A stretch of DNA of 64,000 nt, taken from the NCBI GenBank assembly GCA_943787795.1, contig CALSNU010000004.1:384001-448000 (forward strand), given 5' to 3'. A program made the position numbers and the translations under genes. Source of the stretch: an uncultured bacterium. GTDB taxonomy: Bacteria > Planctomycetota > UBA1135 > GCA-002686595. The notes beneath the pieces were generated by a model. That model had not been told where the DNA came from, did not search any database, and saw only the letters and a program-made list of their open reading frames with translations. Below are positions 21,970 through 30,533 of this stretch, one piece after another (position 1 is the stretch's first letter; every line of letters starts with the position of its first letter).

Positions 21970-22058
21970 GCCCCCCGCGGAGGCGCGTGCGTCGCGGGGC
22001 CGCCGGAGCCCGCGCGGCGAAGGAGGGCGCCCGCGACGAAGAGAGGGCGCCCCCAACC

Positions 22059-24749
22059 TCAGCGCGCGAGGCGCCGCAGGACGTAGTTCAAGATCCCGTT
22101 GTTGCGGAAGTAGTCCGCCTCGGCCGGCGTATCGATGCGCACCACCGCCTTGAACTCCACGGACACGCCGTCGGTCCGGGTGGCCTTGACCTCCACGGTC
22201 CCCCCAGTGGGTGAATCCTCGGCGCTGAAGCGCGCCGCGAGGCCCACGAGGTCGTAGGTCTCGGAGCCGTCGAGACCGAGACTGTCGGCGCCTTGACCCG
22301 CCTCGAACTGGAGAGGCAGGATGCCCATGCCGATCAGGTTCGAGCGGTGGATCCGCTCGAAGCTCTCCACAATCACAGCCCGCACCCCCTGAAGCGCTGG
22401 CCCCTTGGCTGCCCAGTCACGGGACGAGCCCATGCCGTACTCCTTGCCCCCGAGCACGATGCTCGCGACACCCTCCGCGCGGTACTCCATGGCCGCGTCA
22501 TAGATCGACATTTGCTTGCCCGACGGGAAGTGAACGGTCACGCCCCCCTCCACCCCCGGCACCAGGCGGTTCTTGATGCGAACGTTGCCAAACGTGCCCC
22601 GCATCATCACCTCGTGGTTGCCGCGACGGGAGCCGAAGGAGTTGAAGTCCTGCTTCTCCACGCCGAGCGAGCGCAGGTACTGACCCGCGGGGCTGTCGAC
22701 CGGGATCGTCCCCGCCGGGGAGATGTGATCCGTGGTGAGGTTGTCGCCGAAGAGGCCGAGCACACGGGCGCCCTGGATGTCCTCGACCGGTCGAGTCTCG
22801 AGCCCCATTCCCTCGAAGTACGGGGGCAGGCGGACGTAGGTGCTGTCGGCCTGCCAGTCGAACGTGCTCGACCCGGCCGCCTCGATGGCCTGCCACGCCT
22901 CGGTGCCATCGAAGACGCCGGCGTAGCTCTCCGCGAACATCTCTCGGGTCACCGAGCCGCCGACGATCTCCTGGATCTCGGCGTTCGTGGGCCAGATGTC
23001 GCGGAGGTATACATCGGAGCCGTCATCCGCGACGCCGATCCGCTCCCTCACGAGGTCGATGTTCACGTCCCCTGCCAGGGCGTAGGCGACGACCAGCGGT
23101 GGCGAGGCCAGGTAGTTGGCGCGCGTCTTGGCGTGGACACGACCCTCGAAGTTCCGGTTACCAGAGAGCACCGAGGCCGACACGAGGTTGCCCGCGTCGA
23201 TGGCGTCCACAATCTCGTCGGCGAGGGGACCTGAGTTCCCGATGCAGGTGGTGCACCCGAACCCGACAACGTCGAAGCCCAGGGCGTTGAGGTATGGCGT
23301 CAGCCCTCCCGCTTCGAGGTAGTCGGTGACCACCTTCGAGCCCGGCGCGAGGCTCGTCTTGACCCAGGGCTTGGTGCGGAGCCCGCGCAGCGCGGCCTTC
23401 CTGGCCACGAGCCCCGCTGCGACCATCACCGAGGGGTTGGAGGTGTTGGTGCAGGACGTGATCGCTGCGATGACCACCGAGCCGTTCTTCAGCTCGAAGG
23501 TCTCGTCGTCCATGGAGACGGAGACGCGGTGGTCGTGGTCCTCGGCCCCTGCGCCGGCGAGGATCTCCCTGCGGTCTCCCTGGAACTGGGTGCTGAGGTC
23601 GGCGAGCGAGACGCGGTCCTGTGGGCGCTTGGGGCCCGCGAGGCTCGGGACCACGGAGCCCATGTCGAGCTCGAGCAGGTCCGTGTAGTCCGCGGCCGGG
23701 GAGTCCGCGGTGTGGAACATCTCCTGCTCCTTCATGTAACGCTCGGTGAGCTCGACCTGCTCCTCGGAACGGCCCGAGAGGCGCAAGTAGTTCAGCGTCT
23801 CCTGGTCCACCGGGAAGAGGCCGCACGTGGCCCCGTACTCGGGGGCCATGTTGGCGATGGTCGCGCGGTCCGCCAGGGAGAGGTGCTGCAGGCCCGGGCC
23901 GGTGAACTCGACGAACTTGCCCACGACGCCGTGAGCCCGGAGCAGCTCGGTCACCTGGAGGACGAGGTCCGTGGCGGTCGCGCCCTCGGGCATCTCACCC
24001 GAGAGCCGGACGCCCACGACCTGAGGGATCAGCATGGACACCGGCTGCCCGAGCATGGCCGCCTCGGCCTCGATGCCGCCCACGCCCCACCCGAGGACGC
24101 CGAGCCCGTTGATCATGGTCGTGTGAGAGTCGGTGCCCACCAGGGTGTCGGGGAAGGCGTAACCGCTCTCCCCCGCCATGACGACCCGCGCCAGGAACTC
24201 CAGGTTGACCTGATGGCAGATGCCCATCCCCGGCGGCACGACGGCGAAGTTGTCGAAGGCCCCCTGGCCCCACTTGAGGAACGCGTAGCGCTCGCCGTTG
24301 CGCGCGTACTCGCGCTCGAGGTTCTCCCCGAGGGCCCCGGGCGAGCCGAAGGCGTCCACCTGGACCGAGTGATCGATGACGAGCTCCGCCGGCTGAAGCG
24401 GGTTGATCCTGGATGGATCGCCTCCGAGGGCCTGCATGGCATCGCGCATTGCCGCGAGGTCCACGACCGCCGGCACGCCGGTGAAGTCCTGCATGAGCAC
24501 ACGCGCAGGTCGATAGGCGATCTCGACCGACGGCTCCGCCGACGGGTCCCACCCGGCGACCGCCTCGATGTCCGAGGAGGTCACGCTCACGCCATCCTCG
24601 TGCCGCAGGAGGTTCTCCAGCAGGATGCGGAGCGCGAAGGGCAGCCGGGAGACATCGTGGCCGTGCGCCTTGAGTGCCGTGAGCCGCGCGATCTTGTGGC
24701 TCTTGCCACCGACGTCAAAGGAACCGCGGGACCGAAAGGTGTCTTGCAT
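22059..24749 (-). CDS. acnA: Aconitate hydratase A
   Basis: [76 protein letters not shown]. Confidence 0.98.
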   Translation of the reverse strand: MQDTFRSRGSFDVGGKSHKIARLTALKAHGHDVSRLPFALRILLENLLRHEDGVSVTSSDIEAVAGWDPSAEPSVEIAYRPARVLMQDFTGVPAVVDLAAMRDAMQALGGDPSRINPLQPAELVIDHSVQVDAFGSPGALGENLEREYARNGERYAFLKWGQGAFDNFAVVPPGMGICHQVNLEFLARVVMAGESGYAFPDTLVGTDSHTTMINGLGVLGWGVGGIEAEAAMLGQPVSMLIPQVVGVRLSGEMPEGATATDLVLQVTELLRAHGVVGKFVEFTGPGLQHLSLADRATIANMAPEYGATCGLFPVDQETLNYLRLSGRSEEQVELTERYMKEQEMFHTADSPAADYTDLLELDMGSVVPSLAGPKRPQDRVSLADLSTQFQGDRREILAGAGAEDHDHRVSVSMDDETFELKNGSVVIAAITSCTNTSNPSVMVAAGLVARKAALRGLRTKPWVKTSLAPGSKVVTDYLEAGGLTPYLNALGFDVVGFGCTTCIGNSGPLADEIVDAIDAGNLVSASVLSGNRNFEGRVHAKTRANYLASPPLVVAYALAGDVNIDLVRERIGVADDGSDVYLRDIWPTNAEIQEIVGGSVTREMFAESYAGVFDGTEAWQAIEAAGSSTFDWQADSTYVRLPPYFEGMGLETRPVEDIQGARVLGLFGDNLTTDHISPAGTIPVDSPAGQYLRSLGVEKQDFNSFGSRRGNHEVMMRGTFGNVRIKNRLVPGVEGGVTVHFPSGKQMSIYDAAMEYRAEGVASIVLGGKEYGMGSSRDWAAKGPALQGVRAVIVESFERIHRSNLIGMGILPLQFEAGQGADSLGLDGSETYDLVGLAARFSAEDSPTGGTVEVKATRTDGVSVEFKAVVRIDTPAEADYFRNNGILNYVLRRLAR

Positions 24750-24845
24750 CGAGGTCGAGGACGGCGCGCGAGGGGAGGCAGAGCGGAGTGCCGCGGCCGA
24801 TTTTGGGGACCCCAGGCTAGCCGCGCCCCCGCCGCCGCGCAGCCC

Positions 24846-27800
24846 TTAGCGCGGCCGAAGCGGCTCGACTTCCAGGCGCATTGTGGGCGGGACGACCTGG
24901 CCCTCCCCCACGAGGTGGAAGAACCGCGGACCCACCCTGAGCCCGCCCGGCTGCCGCCCAAGGGGATCCCGAGGCACGTCGATGACCACGCCAGCCAGGA
25001 CACCTCGATCCACGTGATACAGGCCCAGGTTCGTCCCGCGAAGCAGACACTCGCGGGCGACCAGGTGGCCCGCCCTGGGGGCCTGGATGAGCGTCCGGGC
25101 CCCCGCGTCGAGCACGCTCCGGTCCATGGAGTTCTCGCTCTCGTCGGAGAGGTAGATGGACCCGGCGTTCAGGTAAGACGAACGGAGACTCATCCGGCAG
25201 CGCCCGAGCTGGCGGATGGCCCACTGCGACGGCTTCCCTGACGCCGACGCGCCTTCGAGGCGTGACTCGACCATCTCCAGGTCACTGTGTTGGAGGAAGA
25301 CGACCGTCCCGGCGCTCGCGACCCTGGACCGGAGGAGGACCAGGTGCCCGCCCTCCAGCACATTGACCGCCGTCGAGGCGGCGCTGATCAGCGTCAGGTC
25401 CTGGAGCACCACGTCCCGCGCCCCGCGGACCCGCAGGGCGGCTCGTATCTCCACCTTCGCCTCGGGCGAAGAGGGCATCAACCGCACGCCAGGAGCGAGG
25501 ATTTCCAGGGTCCTCGCGGGTGCCCCTGACGCGTCCTCGTAGACCCCCGGCGGGAGCAGGAGGTCCACGCCCTCCACCGGGTCCTCCACCGGGCCCTCCT
25601 GCGCCCTCCGAACGGCGCGATCGGCGGCCTCGCCGAGGGCCACCTCGAGGAGGTCGAGGCTCGGCGCCTCGATGATGACCGAGCGCCGGGCGCTCGCCCG
25701 AGCAGAGGGTGAGGCGAGGCGCCGATCGGAGACCTCTCGCCGCGCCATCAGCTCCTCGAACTCTCCTCCGACCAACCCTGCGGCGGCCTCAAGGAGCGGG
25801 CGAGGGTCCTCGGCGGAGCGGGCTCGCTCCACGAGGCGCAGGCAGAGCTCCGCCGTCCGAGCGTCGTAGTCAAAGAGCCGCGCGTCGCTCTCCCCACCCC
25901 ATCGCCCGGCGGAGCGGTCCGCGGAGCGAAGCCAGTGGAGCAGCTGCGCGAGGGGCGGGCCGAGGTCGAGGTCGGCAAGCTCGGGTCGGCTCTCGAGCTG
26001 CCAGGCCAACTCCTCGGCGGCGCCGGGCAGGTCCGTCCAGTTCGCCCCGGGGAGCGGGCTCTCGCTGATCCCAGAGGAGCCGTCGGGCAAGAACGCCGGC
26101 CGCTCCGCCTCGAAGGAGGACATGGAGGGCACGACCCCCAGCGTCGCCACGAAGCCTGCGACCTTGCGAGCACCGGGGTCCGGCTCCGTCTGAGCGATCG
26201 CCTTGGCCCAGATCCGCGCCACCTCGCAGTCGTCCCGCAGGTCGCCCGGCGCCGCGCCCTCGCGGAGCACCCCGCGTTCGGCCCGGTCGATGAACTCCAG
26301 GAGACCGTGAAGCCGTTCGCCCGGCTCCTCGAAGCGCAGCTCCGGCTCCAGCTCCGTGAACAGCGAGAGGCGCGCCTCATCCGAGAGCTTGCCCAGGCGC
26401 GGCGCCTCCACGGCGAGCTCGAGCGCCCGCCTCCGGAACCGACGCGCCAGACCCGCGCCGCTGCCATCCGCGCTCTCGATGGCCTCGAGGATCGACTGCG
26501 CTGCCAGCGCTCGGGGAGAACGAGGCCCCCTCGCGAGCTCCATCAACGGCTCCCTGGCGTCTTCCCTGAGGGAGAGGAGGACGCCGCGTGACTCCAGCCG
26601 CCGCTGGAAGTCCTCGGCATCAACGCCCGCGAGGGCGGCGTCGAGGAGGGCGCCACGGCCGGGCTCATCAGCGCCGACCGAGAGCAGGTCGAGCGCAGCG
26701 GACGGATGAGACAGCCCGCCCGAGACCAGCCGGTGTCGAAAGCGAAGGCGGACGATGGAGGCCGCCCCTTCGAAGAGGTCGGAGAGCACAAGGGAGCGGG
26801 AACCCGCTGCCGACTCGCTGAGGATCGACCAGTCTCCCTGACCGAAGAGGACCTCTCGCTCGGCCACCAAGATCACGCGCCCGGGCTCCACCCCCGTCCG
26901 GCGATCGAGCTCAGAGAAGGTCAGCTCGACCTCTCCGGCGTCACCGCGCTGCACCTCGGGGGACGCATCGGGCGGGCGCGGCAGGAGGCGGTCTCCGCCC
27001 ATCGCGAGCTGCCGACGCAGCCTGCAGTTGGTCCCACGCTCGTCGTCGACGGAGAGCCGGCCCAGGGTCCCATCGGGCAGCCGGAACTGGAGCTCGCCGC
27101 CCGGCGCGACCATCGCGGTGCGGCCGGGGACGTAGCGGCGATCAGACCCGGGAGTCATCCACCAGCTCTGGTCCTGGACGAGGGATGACTTCTTCTCCAG
27201 TGCGAAGCGGACGCCCTCGAGCGGCTTGAGCGCGATGGATCCGGTGGCTCCGCTGTGGACCTCGATATGCGCCAGATCGTCGGGGCCGACGACTCGCCCG
27301 GAGACGAGGTCCACGCGGTCGCCGGTGTCCACGACCAGCGCCCACTCTCCAGGTGTCTCCACCCGCGCGGCCTCGATCACTCGACCCAGGCACCCCGGGA
27401 GCACGCGCCCATCAGCATCGCAACGGACGACCTCGTAGTGGAAGATCTCGCCCCAGGGAGCCTCCTGCTCGGTGAACTCGCCACCACGGACGATCGCCAG
27501 CGTCTTCCACTCTTCTGGACCCGTCGACGGCGTGGAGGTCTTCTTGAGGCCGTCTCCCACGTCTCCGCCCGGAGCCTGGGTGGTCATCCGGCGTCGAACC
27601 CTGTAGGTGGCGCCGGTGTCCGCCTCCGAGCGCTCCCAGCGGAGCCGAAAGGCACCGCCGGTCGAGCTCACCCGCAGCCCCCCCGGCGAGCGGCGCAGGG
27701 CTGGAATCGAGCGCGGCGCTCTGGCCACCTCCAGGTGAACGCGATCCACGGCCACGTCGAGGACCCGCAGGTAGCACCAGAGGTCGCCCTCCGCTGGCTC

Positions 27801-28304
27801 GACGATGAACTCGGCCCCGACCTCGACCCGCAGGTCTTGAACGTCGCCCGCGGCAGCCGCCGCTCTGGAGATGCGCTCCGAGGGCGTGAAGGCTCCGCTG
27901 AACTCGAGTCGGGTCACGACGTGCGTGCTGTCGAACCGGAGACCTGTGAGCCCCTGAATCGGGTCCGGCGTCACGGTCTTGATGGGGACCAGTGAGAGGG
28001 TCGGGCCGGTCCGCTCCTCCCCCGCCGAGAACGTGCGCGCGGTTTCCAGGTCGAGGGCGTTGGCGAGCCCGAGCTCCACGCGGGCTGCCCAGACCCCCTC
28101 GGTGGCCTGTGCCTCCGAGAATTGGATGCTCAAAGGCCGGATACTCAAGGGCCCGATACTCAAGGGCCCGATACTCAAGGGCTGGGGGCCAGAGCCCCCA
28201 CGCATGAGGCTGGCCCCCTGAGCGGGCGCGAGCGCCGCCGCTGCTGCGAGGACGAGAGGCGCCATCGCGCCCCGCCTCCAACCATGCCCAAGGACCTTTC
28301 CCAT
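24846..28304 (-). CDS. Large exported hypothetical protein (FN3-like segments, HEAT-like segment, C-terminal beta-helix)
   Basis: 1152-aa ORF with a signal peptide; TATTCT -10 box 6 nt upstream of the ATG. Domain calls are by pattern only. Confidence 0.7.
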   Translation of the reverse strand: MGKVLGHGWRRGAMAPLVLAAAAALAPAQGASLMRGGSGPQPLSIGPLSIGPLSIRPLSIQFSEAQATEGVWAARVELGLANALDLETARTFSAGEERTGPTLSLVPIKTVTPDPIQGLTGLRFDSTHVVTRLEFSGAFTPSERISRAAAAAGDVQDLRVEVGAEFIVEPAEGDLWCYLRVLDVAVDRVHLEVARAPRSIPALRRSPGGLRVSSTGGAFRLRWERSEADTGATYRVRRRMTTQAPGGDVGDGLKKTSTPSTGPEEWKTLAIVRGGEFTEQEAPWGEIFHYEVVRCDADGRVLPGCLGRVIEAARVETPGEWALVVDTGDRVDLVSGRVVGPDDLAHIEVHSGATGSIALKPLEGVRFALEKKSSLVQDQSWWMTPGSDRRYVPGRTAMVAPGGELQFRLPDGTLGRLSVDDERGTNCRLRRQLAMGGDRLLPRPPDASPEVQRGDAGEVELTFSELDRRTGVEPGRVILVAEREVLFGQGDWSILSESAAGSRSLVLSDLFEGAASIVRLRFRHRLVSGGLSHPSAALDLLSVGADEPGRGALLDAALAGVDAEDFQRRLESRGVLLSLREDAREPLMELARGPRSPRALAAQSILEAIESADGSGAGLARRFRRRALELAVEAPRLGKLSDEARLSLFTELEPELRFEEPGERLHGLLEFIDRAERGVLREGAAPGDLRDDCEVARIWAKAIAQTEPDPGARKVAGFVATLGVVPSMSSFEAERPAFLPDGSSGISESPLPGANWTDLPGAAEELAWQLESRPELADLDLGPPLAQLLHWLRSADRSAGRWGGESDARLFDYDARTAELCLRLVERARSAEDPRPLLEAAAGLVGGEFEELMARREVSDRRLASPSARASARRSVIIEAPSLDLLEVALGEAADRAVRRAQEGPVEDPVEGVDLLLPPGVYEDASGAPARTLEILAPGVRLMPSSPEAKVEIRAALRVRGARDVVLQDLTLISAASTAVNVLEGGHLVLLRSRVASAGTVVFLQHSDLEMVESRLEGASASGKPSQWAIRQLGRCRMSLRSSYLNAGSIYLSDESENSMDRSVLDAGARTLIQAPRAGHLVARECLLRGTNLGLYHVDRGVLAGVVIDVPRDPLGRQPGGLRVGPRFFHLVGEGQVVPPTMRLEVEPLRPR
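28125..28184. repeat. In-frame 15-bp tandem repeat x4 encoding (G/R/Q)PLSI
   Basis: GATACTCAAGGGCCC units within the N-terminus of the 1152-aa ORF. Confidence 0.9.
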
Positions 28305-28454
28305 CGCTGGAGAATAGCCCGTCCAGGGCCCAAGGGTCGGCGTCTGTCGTGCTCCGACCGCCGCTGCGGCCGGCCGAAGCGCACGGCAGCACAGAGAACC
28401 GGCATTTGAGGACTGGTGCCCATCGCCTGGATCCGTATCATCCGCGGCTCGAAA

Positions 28455-28530
28455 GGGGACGTAGCTCAGTTGGTAGAGTGTCGCGTTCGCAATGCGAAGG
28501 TCAGGGGTTCGACTCCCCTCGTCTCCACCA
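28455..28530 (+). tRNA. tRNA-Ala (anticodon CGC), CCA encoded
   Basis: GGGGACG/CGTCTCC acceptor stem with G3:U70, D-arm GCTC/GAGT, anticodon arm TCGCG-TTCGCAA-TGCGA, TTCGACT T-loop, ACCA end. Confidence 0.97.
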
Positions 28531-28535
28531 TGTTC

Positions 28536-28576
28536 AAGGGACCCCGTGATGACTCGTCATCGCGGGGTCCTTCTTT
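28536..28576 (+). terminator. Intrinsic terminator after tRNA-Ala
   Basis: Inverted repeat AGGGACCCCGTGATGAC / GTCATCGCGGGGTCCTT followed by CTTTGTT. Confidence 0.75.
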
Positions 28577-28698
28577 GTTGGCCCCGGAGAAGCTCCGGAG
28601 AGGCCCCGGAGAGGCCTCAGCGACGCCCCACGCCACTGGGACCACCTCAACAGGGACAACCTCTGGTCCCGAAGGTGCGGCGGGCACCGCAGAACGCA

Positions 28699-28750
28699 GG
28701 GGCCACCGCGCATGGGGCCACCGCGCATGGGGCCACCGCGCATGGGGCCA
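28699..28750. repeat. 15-bp tandem repeat (GGGGCCACCGCGCAT) x3.5
   Basis: Exact copies between the convergent tRNA-Ala and rnd genes. Confidence 0.9.
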
Positions 28751-28793
28751 ATCGCGAGACTGCAGCGCTCCCCCTATCGGGGAGCGCGGCCGG

Positions 28794-30026
28794 TCAGCGT
28801 CGACCGCGGCCGCCCCGCCGCCGCCCGCGCCGGCGAGTCGGGATCACTCCCTTCGACGCGTCGTCCTTGAAGCGGCGGACCACCTCGACGATGTCGTCGG
28901 CGAACCACTCCAGCTGCCAGGGCTCGAGCAGCTCGAGCGCCTCCACCGCCGCCCTGTCCGCCGGCGCCGCCGCGGCGAGGCGCTGGAGGGTGCTCCGATG
29001 GAGGAGGTAGGACGACTCGATCTGTCGCTCCGTCGAGACGTCCCGGCGCAAGCGCTTGAGGCGCTCGTGGAGCTCAACCCCCAGCTCATCGAGGTCGACC
29101 TGCTCCCCTCGTCGTGGCGTGGCGGGGAGCCGCTCGATCGGCCCGTTTCGCTCCGCGCGATCAAGGGCACGCTGGAGCCTGTCTCCGAGCCGCGTCAATA
29201 CGCGGCTCGTGATCCCCTCGACGCGGAGCAGCTCTCGCTCGGACTGCGGCCGGCGCTCCGCCAGCTGGATCAGCGACTTGTTGCCGAGGATTCGGAACGG
29301 AGGGCTGTCATGCTTCTCCGCGAGCTTGTCTCGCATGATGAAGAGCTCACGGAGCGCGCTCGCCCCCGCCGGATCCAGCGTCCGCGCCCCCTTGATCTTG
29401 ACGAAGTCATCGGGGTTGGACTCGGCCGGCGGAGCCTCGAGGTCCTCGAGGCGTCGGCACTCCGAATCGACGATCATCATCCTGCCGCGCTCCTCAAGGG
29501 CCGCTCGCTGGCGATCCATGAGGGGTAGCAAGAAGCGCGTATCAAGCCGCGCGTAGGCGATCTGCTTGGGGCTCAGGGGGCGCTGGGCCCAGTTAGATCG
29601 CTGCTGCGACTTGTCCAGCCGAACGCCGAACTCACCCTCGAGCACCGAGGCGAGCCCAGGGGTCTGGCTCCCGAGGACGGCCGCGGCGACGCGCGTGTCA
29701 AACAGACCCTCGAAGCGGAACCCGTACTCGCGGCCCAGGATGAGGACGTCGTACTCCGCGTCGTGGAAGATCTTGACGATCTCTGGATCCTCGAAGATCG
29801 GCGCGAAGCGGCCGAGGTCAAGGTCGGCGAAGGGATCCACCAGCCAATCCTCGCCTCCGGCGGTCACCTGGATCAGGCAGACCTTGTCCCGGTAGCTGAA
29901 GAAGGAGTCGGCCTCCGTGTCCACCGCGATGGCCTCGTCACCATCGATGGCCTCCAGGAGGCGACTGAAGTCAGCCTCGGTCTGCACCAGCGTGGGAGGG
30001 GGGAGGTCTTCGATCCGCTGGTCCAT
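28794..30026 (-). CDS. rnd: Ribonuclease D (DEDDy exonuclease with HRDC domains)
   Basis: AVDTEADS, CLIQV, KIFHDAEYD, LFDTRVAA, SNWAQRPLS, YARLDT; HRDC RDKLAEKHDSPPFRIL. TATGGT -10 box 6 nt before ATG 30026. Confidence 0.92.
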   Translation of the reverse strand: MDQRIEDLPPPTLVQTEADFSRLLEAIDGDEAIAVDTEADSFFSYRDKVCLIQVTAGGEDWLVDPFADLDLGRFAPIFEDPEIVKIFHDAEYDVLILGREYGFRFEGLFDTRVAAAVLGSQTPGLASVLEGEFGVRLDKSQQRSNWAQRPLSPKQIAYARLDTRFLLPLMDRQRAALEERGRMMIVDSECRRLEDLEAPPAESNPDDFVKIKGARTLDPAGASALRELFIMRDKLAEKHDSPPFRILGNKSLIQLAERRPQSERELLRVEGITSRVLTRLGDRLQRALDRAERNGPIERLPATPRRGEQVDLDELGVELHERLKRLRRDVSTERQIESSYLLHRSTLQRLAAAAPADRAAVEALELLEPWQLEWFADDIVEVVRRFKDDASKGVIPTRRRGRRRGGRGRR

Positions 30027-30185
30027 GGGCGGACCATACGACTTCGCCCCCCCCCCATGCGAGCGTCTCCGCGCTGCGGGGTTGTCCCGGACAGGACACC
30101 GCCGGATCGGCGCCACCACGGCCCGCCCCTGGGGCGGGACCAACGAGGCCGGCCAGCCTGAGGACCCCGGCAGGAGATGGGGCCA

Positions 30186-30280
30186 GGGCCCAGCGGAGGC
30201 CCAGCGCAGACCCAGCGGAAGGCCCAGCGGAACCCGGCGGAGGCCCAGCGGAAGGCCCAGCGCAAACCCGGCGGAGGCCC
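30186..30280. repeat. Degenerate 11-12-bp tandem repeat (CCCAGCGGA(A)GG-like), about 8 copies
   Basis: Repeated CCCRGCG core between rnd and tRNA-Asp. Confidence 0.75.
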
Positions 30281-30362
30281 AAACGAAGGCCGCCCCGCAT
30301 TCCGTAGGACGGTCGGGGCGGTGCTCGAACCTCTCCGCGGCTTGGAGAGGCGAGGGGCGGGA

Positions 30363-30439
30363 TGGCGAGGATGACGGGACTTGAACCCGCAACCTCCGGC
30401 GTGACAGGCCGGCACTCTAACCAATTGAGCTACATCCCC
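30363..30439 (-). tRNA. tRNA-Asp (anticodon GTC), CCA encoded
   Basis: Reverse complement GGGGATGTAGCTCAATTGGTTAGAGTGCCGGCCTGTCACGCCGGAGGTTGCGGGTTCAAGTCCCGTCATCCTCGCCA folds as a cloverleaf with discriminator G73. Confidence 0.97.
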
Positions 30440-30533
30440 GCTTGTTGGCGCGAAGAATAGCGACTGGGGCGATTGTGTCCAGCCCTTCACTAAACTTCTC
30501 AGGGCCTCGGGCCGTCCCACCCCCCTCGGTGCC

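Noticed and set aside
28455..30439. Genomic island integrated at a tRNA
   Set aside because: No integrase, no duplicated tRNA 3' end, and the flanking genes are housekeeping.
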